Source: Octopus bimaculoides
Taxonomy: Eukaryota
Direction of reading: 5' to 3'
Length of the DNA: 64,000 bases
NCBI RefSeq assembly: GCF_001194135.2
Contig: NC_068994.1
Span: 12,203,930 to 12,267,929 of the forward strand
The translations under genes and the position numbers were made by a program. Each line of letters begins with the position of its first letter. Within the stretch, counting starts at the first letter, position 1. Under the pieces are notes generated by a model. It did no database searches. It was not told the origin of the DNA and saw nothing but the letters and a program-made list of their open reading frames with translations. Positions 11,771 through 24,432 of the stretch are shown here, piece after piece.

Positions 11771-12852
11771 GTAAGTTAAACTATGAAAACACTCCCTCAG
11801 TGTTTTTTTTGTATTTGAAGAAGTCTGGTGAATGTACTGTGGTAATATACTTTTAAACATATCTAAGATTGAATCTACTTTCACTCACACCTAAGTAATT
11901 TATTATTTTGTGGTGTATTTATCATCATCATCATCATTGTTTAACATCTGCCTTCCATGCTGGCATGGGTTGGACGGTTTGATAGGAGCTGGCCAAGTGG
12001 AAGACTACACCAGGCTACTCAGTTTTGGTATGGTTTTTACAGATGAATGCTCTTCCTAACACCAAGCACCCTGCCGAGTGGACTGAATGCTTGTCACATG
12101 GCACCAGCACAGGTGAGGTTAGTTCTGGCATTGCTTTTACAGCTGGATGCCCTTCATGTATGTTTATGTGTATGCTTTTATCTGATTTCTTCTGTAGACT
12201 AAGAAATGGCTGTGTGGTAAAGTTTTGCTTCCCAGCCATATGGTTTTGTGTTCAGTCTCATTGCATGACACCTTGGGCAAATGTCTTCTACTATAGACTT
12301 GTGAGTGGATTTGGTAAACAGAAACTTAAAGAACCCCATTGCATGTGTGTGTGTGTGTGTGTGTGTGCATGCACTCGTGCGTGTGCATGTGTTTATCTTT
12401 TCGTCTTGACATCTTGTGATATTTGTAAACGGGGACTGTCACCATTATACAAGCACGTCTGGTCATCAGGGGAACTATTACCTTGCTCAGAAACAGATGT
12501 AGGTTGGCAATTAGCATGGTATCTCGCTCTTGAAAATTTGCAACCATGGACATGCTGGCTCCCTGATGGCTAATTTGCCATGCAGTCATCTCTAGTATTT
12601 TGTTTCACAGACCATTATCCAGAAGTGGCCACTGTAAAGCTACTTTTAGACATAACTCACTATTGTAAATAAAGATTTAAACTGTGAAAGATAGTGATGA
12701 TGGTAGTTACAGTTGTTATTATTATTATTATTATTATTGCAAATGTCTAATTTCATTTAAAACAATTTCTTCTGTTGCTGTTTGTGTTCTGTGTCTGTTT
12801 TTTTTTCCTTTTTTTTAAAAATATTTGTCTTCCTTCCCATTCTATACAACAG

Positions 12853-12989
12853 CCTTCATCACAAAATACTTGGAGCAGTGCAGTTGTCAGCATGATCTGT
12901 CTCCAATCTGGGTCTTCAACACACTACTCGATTTCGGCGTGAAACCTACCAAGCTGCTACAGGTTTACGATTCCATCTTCAAATTTCGG
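12853..12989 (+). CDS. NUP155: NUP155 exon
   Basis: caacag|CCTTC...TTTCGG|gtgagc; FITKYLEQCSCQHDLSPIWVFNTLLDFGVKPTKLLQVYDSIFKFR. Confidence 0.93.
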
Positions 12990-13081
12990 GTGAGCCTCTT
13001 CACACTAGAATCTTGTGGGTAAAAAATGCCTATTTTGTGTTAACAGTTTGGCAAAAGTAAATAATGAAATAAGTGCTAGGT

Positions 13082-13310
13082 TTAATCCTTTAGCATTTAA
13101 ACTGGCCATATCTGGCCAAAGATATTTTACCTGTTTTATGTTCAAACTGACTGGATCTAGCTTTTCATACCTACCCTACAATGTCATTCTAAAAATATAC
13201 AATCACATCATTGAAATCTCAAAGCTACAAGATTATACATGATTAATTCAAAACAATGCAAATAAATAAGCAAAACATTTGACAGAGTAACCCGAATGCT
13301 AAAGGTTTAA
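13082..13310. mobile_element. piggyBac-type MITE, same family
   Basis: TTAA|tcctttagcatt...aatgctaaaggt|TTAA; shared internal core atcacatcattgaaatctcaaagctacaaga. Confidence 0.8.
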
Positions 13311-13431
13311 AAAATAAGTGGGGGGTGGGACGATTTGACTAAACCCTTTGAGACAGTGGCCCACCATGACTGGTTTCAAGTGAAATTCTGTGTAAATATA
13401 TTTACGTTGTTATCATCATTTGTTTCACTAG

Positions 13432-13538
13432 GGTCCAAGCTGGCAGAAATACCACAAACCATTACACATTCTCACAGTTTTATACCATCTTATTGATAAA
13501 TTAACGAACATGATCCACTTGATTCCAACAGCAGAACG
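13432..13538 (+). CDS. NUP155: NUP155 exon
   Basis: ttcactag|GGTCCA...GAACG|gtaagt; GPSWQKYHKPLHILTVLYHLI (human [21 protein letters not shown]). Confidence 0.92.
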
Positions 13539-13705
13539 GTAAGTTTAAACCTCTTTCTATCTGTCTGTCTGCCTACCTACCTATGCCTCTGTGTGTGTGT
13601 GTGCGCGTTTCTTTCAATTCTTCCTTTAAAGAATGGACTGGTTTCTAACATAATAATATACCTGGCTGTTGAACACAATATATGCCATTTCTAATGCCAA
13701 CCATT

Positions 13706-14054
13706 CTATAGAGCTGTGTTCCTCAACCTTTTTACCCTTGCATAATCCTTAAAATAAATTTCGTCTTGAGGAATCACCGCGCAAAAAAAATTATATTCCA
13801 TATCTTTCTCATATTTTTTTCATCCGTAGTTCATGTGGTAAATATTATATATATATGTGCCTCTCCGAGAGAGAGAGAGGGGGATGGTCGTTATATTTTT
13901 TTGATAACATAATAGGTTAGATAGGATGATGTCTATATTACAGTAACCAATAATATGTTGTGCATGAATAGTAATATTATGATCATGAAATTAGCATCAA
14001 CTTATCTCACTCTTTCTTGCGGAACCCCGGTTGAGAAACGCTGCTGCTATAGAG
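13706..14054. mobile_element. hAT (Charlie-like) MITE with 8-bp TSD
   Basis: TSD CTATAGAG at 13706-13713 and 14047-14054; TIRs ctgtgttcctcaacc / ggttgagaaacgctg. Confidence 0.75.
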
Positions 14055-14608
14055 GGCACCAGGGTACCAAGAGATTATTTTTGTTTTTGTTCTTTTTGTG
14101 TCACCAGCAGTGGTGAGGTCTCCATGTATCCCCTTCAATTGAATGGAGCTACAGTAAAGGGGGAAGCAGCTTTATGCTGGGTGATGAAAGGCTAAAGTAT
14201 GAAAGAAGGATCCAGAACAGATTTCTTGCTGAAGCAGAACTATGTGGCTACTTGCATTATGGCAGAGTGGGTGGAAGGAGTATGAAATTATAATTGGGGG
14301 AATGAGATTAAAAATGAAGATGAGAGAGAAATAAAGGAGGAGGATTAGTCTAGAGCGGGTGAAGAGGAAGTCTTGGGTGGTTTGATATCAAAAGAGTTAA
14401 TGATTTGTTTTTTTGCACCTACCCTTTTTTTTAATGGAATGTTCACTAAAATGTTTGACTGTTGTATATTGTAATGTTTGTGTTGATATTGCATTGTAAT
14501 TAAATATCAACATCATGATGATCATCATTGATAGCTATTATATGTTAAAATGAATGATATTTTACGACATCTGGTGTTTTTAACTTTCTTTCTTGATTCT
14601 GTTTGCAG

Positions 14609-14747
14609 GAGGCAGTTTTTCACTTATTGCCTTGATGCAGTGTCCAGCTACCAGGTGGAGCTACAAGCAATCAGCAGCACAGACCCTGAAGTGCGTCAAC
14701 TTGTAAACAAATACCGCTCAGTTCAGGCAAAACTGGAACGAATGTAA
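14609..14747 (+). CDS. NUP155: NUP155 terminal coding exon
   Basis: gtttgcag|GAGGCAG...ATGTAA; RQFFTYCLDAVSSYQVELQAIS...SVQAKLERM* (human [22 protein letters not shown]...SLQAKLERLH*). The 14 exons total 1728 nt, in frame throughout. Confidence 0.97.
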
Positions 14748-14752
14748 ATAAA
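14747..14752 (+). promoter_or_regulatory. Candidate polyadenylation signal overlapping the NUP155 stop codon
   Basis: ATG TAA ATAAAA: AATAAA begins on the last base of the stop. Confidence 0.3.
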
Positions 14753-14989
14753 ATTTCAGTGGAACATGCCGACCTCTGCTTATTTGTTGTTCACCAACAA
14801 CGATGATGGTCTTTCCCCCCCTCTACCTAGGGGGGGGGGGGGCTTACCGACCCAGCAGCTGATTTCTTGTTGAAGAGCCTCATCACTTTCCTTCTCATCT
14901 AAAGCCGACCTATTCATAAGGACTACTCTGTTGAAGTTGTTGGCCGTTAGTGGTAGCTAATGCCAACAATAATGAAAATAATAACTGCT

Positions 14990-15193
14990 TGTGTGTGTAA
15001 TTGTATATATTGGTATATACATTTAAAGATACAAATGGGAAAAAGAGTACTCAAAATGTGTGTGTATGTATGTCATATATGCATATATATATGTATACTG
15101 TATGTATGTATATGTGTGCATGTGTGTATGTATATGTTATGTATATATAAAATGTGTTTATATAAAATATGTATGCATGCATATATGTACGTT

Positions 15194-15248
<55 letters not shown>

Positions 15249-15305
15249 NNNNNNNNNNACAATATATGTATGTATGCATGTATATACAATATATATGTGT
15301 GTGTG

Positions 15306-15350
<45 letters not shown>

Positions 15351-15618
15351 GTATATGCATGTCGCTTGGTTCTGTTGTTAATATGTATGTATGCATGTAT
15401 ATACAATATATATGTGTATATGTATTATATGTAAGTATACGATATAGAGGTATACATAATAAATATATGTATCAGTATATGTGTGTACGTGCGTGTATAT
15501 ATATATATATATATATATATGTATTCTACACTTTACTATAGTAATTGAGTACTTTTTTCCTAGTCAAACTGCACCCCCCTCCACTCCACTCCACTCCACT
15601 CAACAATGTTACTCATAA

Positions 15619-15650
<32 letters not shown>

Positions 15651-15680
15651 AGATATTATACACATACATACACATTTGGT
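14990..15680. repeat. Compound TA/TG/CA microsatellite field downstream of the NUP155 stop
   Basis: Directly visible; source of several spurious YI/CV-repeat ORFs. Confidence 0.9.
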
Positions 15681-17511
15681 TGCACTACCATCAGCCAAAC
15701 ATTAGCTGCGTATTTTTTCGCTCTTGATATTTTACGAGACCGAAAAATTATCATTATTGTTATCTTGCTTTTATATTTTGTTTCTGCTTTTAAATATTTT
15801 TTTTCTCTTCAATATGGGTATAAATTTTGTTGTAATTTCACTGCGATTTAAAAAAAAAATTTTGTTTTTATTTTTCTTTGTCCTTTATTTGTCTGTCTGT
15901 CTGTCTTTTCCTTTCCCTCTCTTTTTTCTGTTTTTTTTTCTTTGTAGTTCTTTCTGCTGTTTTTTTCTTTTTTCTTAATTATTCCAGTAATTGTGAAGTT
16001 GAGTGGCCAAGTGGTTAGATGTTGGGCTCGTGATCATAAAGTTGAGGGTTCAATTCTTGAACAAGGTAGTGCACTGTGTCCTTGAGCAAGGCACTTCATA
16101 TCATTATCAACTCCAGTCTGTTTGGCTGATAAATGAGTACCAACCAGATACTGGTGCAGCTATTTTATTTGTAAAATCTAGTACTAATTTTATCAGTCAC
16201 GTTTGCTGAATCTCTAAGTTACAGAGGTAAACAAACTAATGTCAGTTGTCATTTGGTAAGGGTGGGCTAACACAGGTACTCATACACACACACACACACA
16301 CACTACAAGGTTTTATACAGTCTCCACTCTACCAAATTCACTCACAAGGCATTGGTTGAGCTGAGGCTTATAGTAGAAGACACTTGCACAAGATCCCGTG
16401 CATTGGAATTGAACCTAAAACCTTGTGGTTGCAAATTGAGCTTCTTAACTACATAGCCATGCCTTCCTCTGGATCACATTGGCCAGCTGGAAGTGGTTTT
16501 ATAATGATACTGAATATGGATACTCAACATCTAGTGTCTATATTTTTTATCTCTTATCTCAAAAGACTGCGCTTGTTAGTAGGTATGCTTCTGCCCGCCG
16601 CCACAGACAGCACGGTTTAACATATCTTGCCTCCCCATCCTCTTTCTTCAAATTAATTGATACTAATTGTACAAACATCAAACAATTTTTTTAATGACAG
16701 TGAGCTTCAGCTGCTGTGCAGCTACTGGATGTCTGCTACTGAAGAGACTGGGTAGGTCAAAATCAAGTGATCTGGCAGTTCTGGTGCCATTAGCAGACAA
16801 TTCTTGTCTGCCAACGATATAAATAGGGGTGCTTTTATGCACCATGTGTCCATATGAGAGATCCTTTCAAGGTAAATAATGCAATATTTAGTGTTCTGAC
16901 AAAGCATCCATGTTAAGTTGGATATAGAGATTGCCTTTTGGTATTAATATAGCTTTGTCACTAGTAATTATGTATGCACACACACACTGGACCATTGCGC
17001 CTCCCAATGTCCACCTCGGCGGGATTTGAACTCAGAACGTAAAGACGGATGAAATGCTGCTAAGCATTTTGCCTGGCGTGCTAATGATTCTGCTAGTTCG
17101 CCACCTTGGCCAGTTGACCATACAGAACAGTAAGGGCAAACCTGAGTCTTGTGTCAGCAGTGATGCCACATGGTTTTAGGTGATTCATGATGGGGCTTGC
17201 CAAAAAGAAGCAAAAAATCTCTCTACCATTTGATGTTAACAAAAGTCTGTCTATAAACATTTACATTGTCATAATCGTTTTTTAATGTCCACTTTTCCAT
17301 GTTTGCATGGGTTGGATGGAGTTTATTGAGGCAGATTTTCTACAGTCAGCTGCTCTTCCTGATTCCAACCCTTATCCGTTTCCAAGCAAGGTGATATTTC
17401 TCTATGGTCAGGTATGTTCTTGCAGAATATTGGAAATGTAAGATGATGACGATCATTTACAACTATCATGTGATGTCAAAACAAGTAGACACAAACCTTC
17501 ATATATTCATA

Positions 17512-18090
17512 CATCATCATCATCATCATCATCATCGTCGTTTCACGTATGCTTTCCATGCTAGCATGGGTTGGACGATTTGACTGAGGACTGGTGAAAC
17601 GAGATGGCTACACCAGGCTCCAATCTTATTTGGCAGAGTTTCTACAGCTGGATGCCCTTCCTAATGCCAACCACTCTGAGAGTGTAGTGGGTGCTTTTAC
17701 GTGCCACCCGCACAAAGGCCAGTCAGGCGGTACTGGCAACGGCCATGCTCAAATGGTGTATTTTATGTGCCACCCGCACAAGAGCCAGTCCAGGGGCACT
17801 GGCAACAATCTCGCTCGAAAGTCCTTACACATGCCACGGGCACAAGTGCCAGAAAGGCGACGCTGGGCACAGGTGCCAAACTGATTTCACTTTCGCTTGC
17901 CCCAATAAGTCTTCGCAAGCTGAGTTTCGTGTCCAATGAAGGAGACGACGTTGGCATGGGTGCCAGTCGTCAAATTTAGTTCGGTTTCGATTTCACTTGC
18001 CTCAACAGGTCTTCGCAAGCGGAGTTTAGTGTCCAAAGAAGGAAAGGTACGCATAAGTGGGCTGGCTACACCCCTGGCAGAGGCCTTGGA
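17512..18090 (-). mobile_element. Retroelement family D ((GAT)n tail; SINE or LINE 3' end), longest copy
   Basis: 3' end ...cagtcaaatcgtccaacccatgctagcatggaaagcggacgttaaacgatgatgatg; copies at 195-510, 1865-2079, 9696-9767, 26172-26357, 39123-39310, 43985-44313, 48164-48260. Confidence 0.8.
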
Positions 18091-18094
18091 TATA

Positions 18095-18130
<36 letters not shown>

Positions 18131-18483
18131 TATCAATAATAATAAAAGGATAAAATTAATTAATTAATAATTTTACCAAGTAGTTCGGTATGTTAAATAA
18201 CCTTTTTGGGTTATTTATATACAAATATTCTATAATTATAAGCATAATATAATCAGGGGTCTGCTAATTGCTTCACAAGAATGGCTCTTTAGTATCACAT
18301 CACACAGCCCTTACAATAAAGAGAAAATTGATAGTACCATTTACTTGCCAGATACAAAAAGAAACACAACCATGTAGAATGATTAAGAGAAGATTTATTG
18401 AAATGTTAACACGTGTGTGTGTGCATTATGTATACAGAATAATAGACAGGCCGCCATGAGAACAAAATGTATGTGTGTGTGTG

Positions 18484-18869
18484 TTTGTAGTTCACACGCC
18501 GTCGCTTACGACGTCGAGGGTTCCAGTTGATCCGATCAACGGAACAACCTGCTCGTGAAATTAACGTGCAAGTGGCTGAGCACTCCACAGACATGTGTAC
18601 CCTTAATGTAGTTCTCGGGGATATTCAGCGTGACACAGTGTGACAAGGCTGACCCTTTGAATTACAGGCACAACAGAAACAGGAAGTAAGAGTGAGAGAA
18701 AGTTGTGGTGAAAGAGTACAGCAGGGTTTGCCACCATCCCCTGCCGGAGCCTTGTGGAGCTTTTAGGTGTTTTCGCTCAATAAACACTCACAACGCCCGG
18801 TCTGGGAATTGAAACCGCAATCCTATGACCGCGAGTCCGCTACCCTAACCACTGGGCCATTGCACCTCC
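18484..18869 (-). mobile_element. SINE family A copy
   Basis: Reverse complement of 7648-8038. Another partial minus copy lies at 31401-31604, next to a gap. Confidence 0.85.
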
Positions 18870-18879
18870 ACTGTGTGTG

Positions 18880-19632
18880 TGTAAGCATAGATGTATGTGC
18901 ATGTTAAGAACATCTGAGGATGGCAATGAAGATGATGACTGAAAGAGTCTATAGCCATTGAAGTGAGAAGTAAGTTCATAGACACAAGAAAGATGAATAC
19001 CAGTTTGTAGCCAATAGTACACAGTAGTTGAAATACTGAATCAAGAAGTTGCCGCCATGATGCTGAGCTGGTTACAGGTACATGAAGTCGTGACTGATGC
19101 TGCTGCCTGGGTTATTTGATACAGGAGTTCATGCCGGTTGTATATTCGCTGTTGATCCAATGTGAAGTGTTGGAGCCTGGGTGAATTGCTTGCTGAGCTG
19201 TGCACGTAAAGAGATGATGTTGACGATGTTAAGGACATGATAGTGGAGAAGAAGACGGAGGTTGCCATAATGCTGATGGATGAAGTTGGTGTTGTCACTG
19301 GAACTGGCTGTCTTTGTGGTCAGTGGCTAGACCTTAAAAGGTCTGAAACCAAAGACACTGGAAAGAGGAAAAGCCGGGTTTTTATAAGGAACTGTAGGCT
19401 CAAAACTGGGTAGAGAACAGGCTGTCCCACGTGATTGTATTTAAGGCCTCCAAAAGGTAATATGCGGCAAGTTGGCGCAATCGAGTAAGAGACAAATTGT
19501 GCCAATACCAACCAATCAGAGTAGTGGACGCAATGGAATCCAAATAGCAGCCAAAGGCTAGCTGTTCCCTGCTACGTTCAAATGCACATATAATAAATGG
19601 GAGAGAGGAATTTCACCAGAGTCTACGCTACA
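18880..19632. mobile_element. Candidate solo LTR (753 bp)
   Basis: Unique GC-richer block with TG...CA ends (tgtaagcatagat / rc tgtagcgtagac) and AATAAA at 19592, 35 nt before the right end; no TSD found. Confidence 0.35.
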
Positions 19633-21049
19633 CATCTTTAAGTTCAGTGTTCAAATTTCACTGAGGTTGACTTTGACTTTCATCCTTTCAAGGTCGAAAA
19701 AATAAGAACCAGTTGAACACTGGGATCGATGTAATTGACTTACCCCTCCCACCAAATTGCAGGCCTTGTGCTAAAATTTGAGACCAATGATTGGTGTTAG
19801 CGTTGTACTTGCACTTTTAGAATGATGTCTTTCAGAGAAATTCTGAGAAAGGGTGGAATAGTCCTCAAAATTATTTTTTTCTCAACAAAATTTTTCAAAC
19901 TCTGAGGTGATGGGTTCAATCCCACTGTGTGACACCTTGGGCAAGCATCTCCTACTATAAGCTCCGGGCCGATCAATGCCTTGTGAGTGGATTTGGTAGA
20001 TGGAAACTATGTGGACGCCCTTTGTGTATATGTGTGTGTGTGTGTGTGTTTGTCCCCCCACCACCGCTTGACAGCTAGTGTTGGTTTGTTTACGCCACCG
20101 TAACCTAACAGTTTATCAGAGAGAGAGAGAGAGTATCAGACTTAAAAAATGAGTACAGCGGGGGGTGGGGGCGATTTGTTCGAATAAACCCTTCAAGGTA
20201 GTGCTCTAGCATGGCCGCAACACAAAGACTGAAACAAGTAAAAGAACAAATATGTTTCAGACTATTATTATAACGGAGAAAAAAAAGTGGGTGGAGCGGC
20301 TATTTCACACAACTTATAAAAACATGTCAGAAAATCCGACGCGCGATGCCACCCACAGTTTTCTTTTTTCACTTCAAACCCCGGCATAATCGTAATCTAT
20401 ACCATCTGAAGCATGTTTATAGAAAATTTTATAAAAAACGATCCGTTTTTCAGAAAGTTAATAAGAGTTGTGTGAATTATCCGAAATTCCTCTCCATCCA
20501 TCCGAAAAAGCTTTTCGTTACAAGTTTCAAAAATAACTTTAATTTACACTATCTAAAATGTATCTCTGGAAAATTATGTTAAAATTATATTCATTATTCA
20601 GAAAGTCATAATGAAACAAAATTGGTGGGTGGATGAGACAGAAAGGTACGCATCTGTAGTTTTAACTGCAAAATTAACTTCGGAGTGATTCGAACTTAGA
20701 ACCTTAGAAATTGAAACTAAATACTAACAAAGTGTAAAAGGGAGTAAAAGTAATTAAAGGGAAAATATTTTAAAGATATCTATAGAATACTCTATTCGTT
20801 AATTACAACCGTTGAAGGTTTTTTTTCTTCTAGGCAACAGTAACTAGAGGACGAGGAGAAATTTATAAAGCAATTATTGTACGGTACACTTGACATCTTA
20901 CAAATACAATTAGTACAATATGTTGGCTTGTTTTTATAAGAAGTGGATATTTTCACGAATATAAAGGAGAACTACTTTTCGAATTTCATTAACTGTTTTA
21001 TGTATTTATTTAATTTTTACTTTATTCACTTTTTGGTTTTATTTTTCAC

Positions 21050-21236
21050 ATACATGCGCGCGCACATACACACAATTATGCATTCGCGCACCTTCACTTA
21101 CTGTTACAATTACGAGTGTGTGGTTAGGAATCTGCGGTCAACTTTACCGTCAAGCCAAACAACCAATCGAAAGAGACGGCGTGTTCATTAAAAGACAAGG
21201 CAAGGAATTCCATTTATAGTGTGTCATTCCTTCACG
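21050..21236 (+). promoter_or_regulatory. Probable MESD core promoter / 5' UTR (CpG-enriched, CCAAT at 21163)
   Basis: Local CpG enrichment (gcgcgcgc, cattcgcgc, ctgcgg, gacggcgt) directly upstream of the ATG; TSS not determinable. Confidence 0.4.
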
Positions 21237-21416
21237 ATGTCCAAGATTGTCTGCTTCTATGTTTTGTGTCTGTTTTCGCTTTTACACAATGTTGCGGTGA
21301 CAGCAGAGAAATCCAAACTTAAGTCAAGTAATCCTGATAGCGCGGACAGCTGGAAAAAGAAAGACATCCGCGATTATAGCGAAGCTGACCTGGAGCGATT
21401 ATATGAACAGTGGGAG
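21237..21416 (+). CDS. MESD: MESD (LRP chaperone, boca/MESD family) exon 1 with signal peptide
   Basis: ATG at 21237; hydrophobic signal peptide MSKIVCFYVLCLFSLLHNVAVTA; KKKDIRDYSEADLERLYEQWE (human DIRDYNDADMARLLEQWE); donor GAG|gtgaga. Confidence 0.95.
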
Positions 21417-22412
21417 GTGAGAATATGTTTGTTTACTATTATTATTATTACAAATAATAGATGGTTGAATTGTCGACACGCTGGACAATAGATGGGTGAA
21501 TTGTTGACACGCTCGACAAAATGTATGGTGGCATTTCGTTCGTCTTTTATGTTCTGAGTGTAAAATTCCGCCGAGGTCAACCCTTGCCTTTCATCCTTTC
21601 GGGGGTCGATAGAATAAGTATCAGTGTAAATACTGGGGTGGATGTTAACAACTAACCGTCTCCTTCAAAACTGTGCCTGTAGTATAAAGAATTATTGTTA
21701 TTTATGGTAGGGCAGCGTGCTGGCAGAATCGTTAAAACGTCAGAAGAAATGTTCTGCAGTATTTCTTCCAGAGTTTATGTTCTGTGTCCAAAACCCGACG
21801 AGATCACATTCTTTTTTTCACGGTCGATAAAATAATATACCTTGTCAAATACTACGGTAGATGATATTGTGTACTTACTCTCCCCTTAAAATTTCAGGCC
21901 ATCGTTATTATCAATAGAAGTGGACGATGCTTTGGTAGGATCAAACAAAATGTTTTGAGGATTATTTTGACAATATTTCTGTTTAGGCACCGGTATTTCT
22001 TCTGACTCCTTATGTTCTGTATTCAAATTCTACTGATGTCAAACCTTGCTTTTCAACCCACTGGGGTCGATAAAATAAAGTAGCAATCTGTTACTAGAGT
22101 CAATTGTAATCGACTAACTTTTTCCCCTCGAAATTGTTAGCCTTGTGTCCAAATCGGGAACAATTATTATCCAAAGTGGGCGGTGCCCCGGCTGAATTGG
22201 ACGTAATCCCTTGCTGTATTTGTTCTAACTCTTGATATTCTGAGTTCAAATCCAGCAATGGTCAATTTTGCCTTTCATCTCTTGTGGAGTGATTAAGTAA
22301 AGTACCAGTAAAATAATGGGAATCGATGTAAATCAACCTTTTTGGCCTTGTGCATTCTTTATATTCTTTTACTTGTTTCAGTCGTTTACTTAATATCCTG
22401 TTGCTTATTTTG

Positions 22413-22454
<42 letters not shown>

Positions 22455-24401
22455 ATACAAATAATATATGAGTATATGAATATATAGGTACATGTATGTA
22501 CATACCTTCATCTACATGTATATATAGATGCATATCTGGGTACATGACGTTGCAAAAAAAACCTGGGCAAAATGATAAACAAGGTACAGAAAACACACAG
22601 GCCACATAGAGAACATTTCCTCCATCAGCTGCCACCATTATAACACTGGCTTTTCAAAGAGTTATGTATATATATTGTGTGTATGTATATATGTATGTAT
22701 ACAACAGGCTTCTTTCAGTTTCTGTTTACCAAGTCCACTTGCAAGGCTTTGGTCAGCTGGGTACTATAGTCGAAGGAACTTGCCTAAGGTGCCATGCAGT
22801 GGACTGAACCTGGAACCATATGGTTTGGAAGCGAACTTCTTACCACACAGCTAAGTCTGCACCTGTGTAAAATATTTTTATTGCTGGGGTCGATTTCTTT
22901 GACTAAAACCCCTTTCAGACAGTGCTCCAGCATGACTGTAGTCAAGTGACTGAAACCTGTAAAAGCATGTATTATATCTCACTCATTAGTTTCAGTCTTT
23001 AGATTAAAGCCTCTTTCTCTTATATACCCCCCCCCACACACACACACACATAGATATGTATAAACAACAGGCTTCCATTTACCAAATTCACTCGCAAGAC
23101 ATTGGTCAGCCTGGGACTATAGTAGACACTTGCCCAAGGTACTGTGGGACTGAACCACAAACCACATGGTTGCAAAGTGGCCATCTTAACCACACAGCCA
23201 TGCTTGCAATCAGATATTTTGAATTAATTGCCATAAAGTAATTATCTAGACATCCTTGGTAGATAAAAACGTATAATTTTACAGACATTTGATGATTATG
23301 AATATTTCTTGTTTGTTCCTTGTTTGTTGTTGTTGTTGTTGTTGTTGTCCACTTCTCTCTGTTGCTTCTCTTTCTTACTGTCTTCGATGCCTGGTACCAA
23401 GTTTCTCTTAAACCTTGCCTCTTGTGCCTGTCACCACCATCTCGGTTAATTAACTTGCATTTCACTTTTGTTACCCCCCCCCCACTCTTTTTTCTCATTC
23501 TTGGAACTCTATCTCTGTCTCTCTCTCTCTCACTCTCTTTGTCTGTCTGTCTCTCTCTACTTCCCCCTTCTCTCTACCACACTCTGCTCCCTTTCTCTCT
23601 CTCTCTCTCTCTCTGCCCCTCTCTCTCTCTGCCCCTCTCTTCCCTCTTATCTCCCTCTCTCCCCCTCGCTGTGTCCATGAAGTTTTATCAGATAGTATAC
23701 AGATCTTTTCTCTTATTTTCTTTTACTTCAGTCACTGGTTTGTGACCATGCTGGGGCACCACCTCGAAGGGTTTAGTCGAACAAACTGACCCTAGAAGTT
23801 ATCTTATCAATCCCTTTTGCTGAACAATTAAGGTATGGGAATGTAAACAAACCAGCAACGGGTATCAATTGGGCACAGGTTCTAAAAATAAACAGTCACA
23901 TCATCAAAATTTTATAGCTACAAGATTATGCATGAATAATTCAAAACAATGAATAAATAAGCTTTGCATTTGGCCGGTGCTCCACAACCTTTTTCCACTT
24001 GCGGTACACTTATATTCCTTTCAGAATTCAGTGGCACAGCTGAACTAAAAATATAACTAAAAGTATAGGGGAAAATATTACATTCAGGTTACACTGTGGC
24101 ATACATAGCATCGTCTTGTGGTACACTAGTGTGTTGCGGAATACCGGTTGCAGAGCACTGCATTTGACAGAGGGATTTGAATGCTAAAGGGTTAAATAAA
24201 GAAACTGTTANNNNNNNNNNNNNNNNNNNNNNNNNNNNNNNNNNNNNNNNNNNNNNNNNNNNNNNNNNNNNNNNNNNNNNNNNNNNNNNNNNNNNNNNNN
24301 NNNNNNNNNNNNNNNNNNNNNNNNNNNNNNNNNNNNNNNNNACCAAAGCCTTGTGAGTGGATTTGGTAGATGGAAACTGAAAGAAGCCTGTCGTATATAT
24401 G

Positions 24402-24432
<31 letters not shown>

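Noticed and set aside
16701-16871. Possible extra exon between NUP155 and MESD (ag...aag|gtaaat, small hairpins)
   Set aside because: Stops in all three + frames and no recognisable homology; non-coding use cannot be supported from sequence alone.
19041-19298. 85-aa Ser/Thr-rich minus-strand ORF
   Set aside because: Low-complexity, no domain or splice support; it lies inside the LTR-like block.
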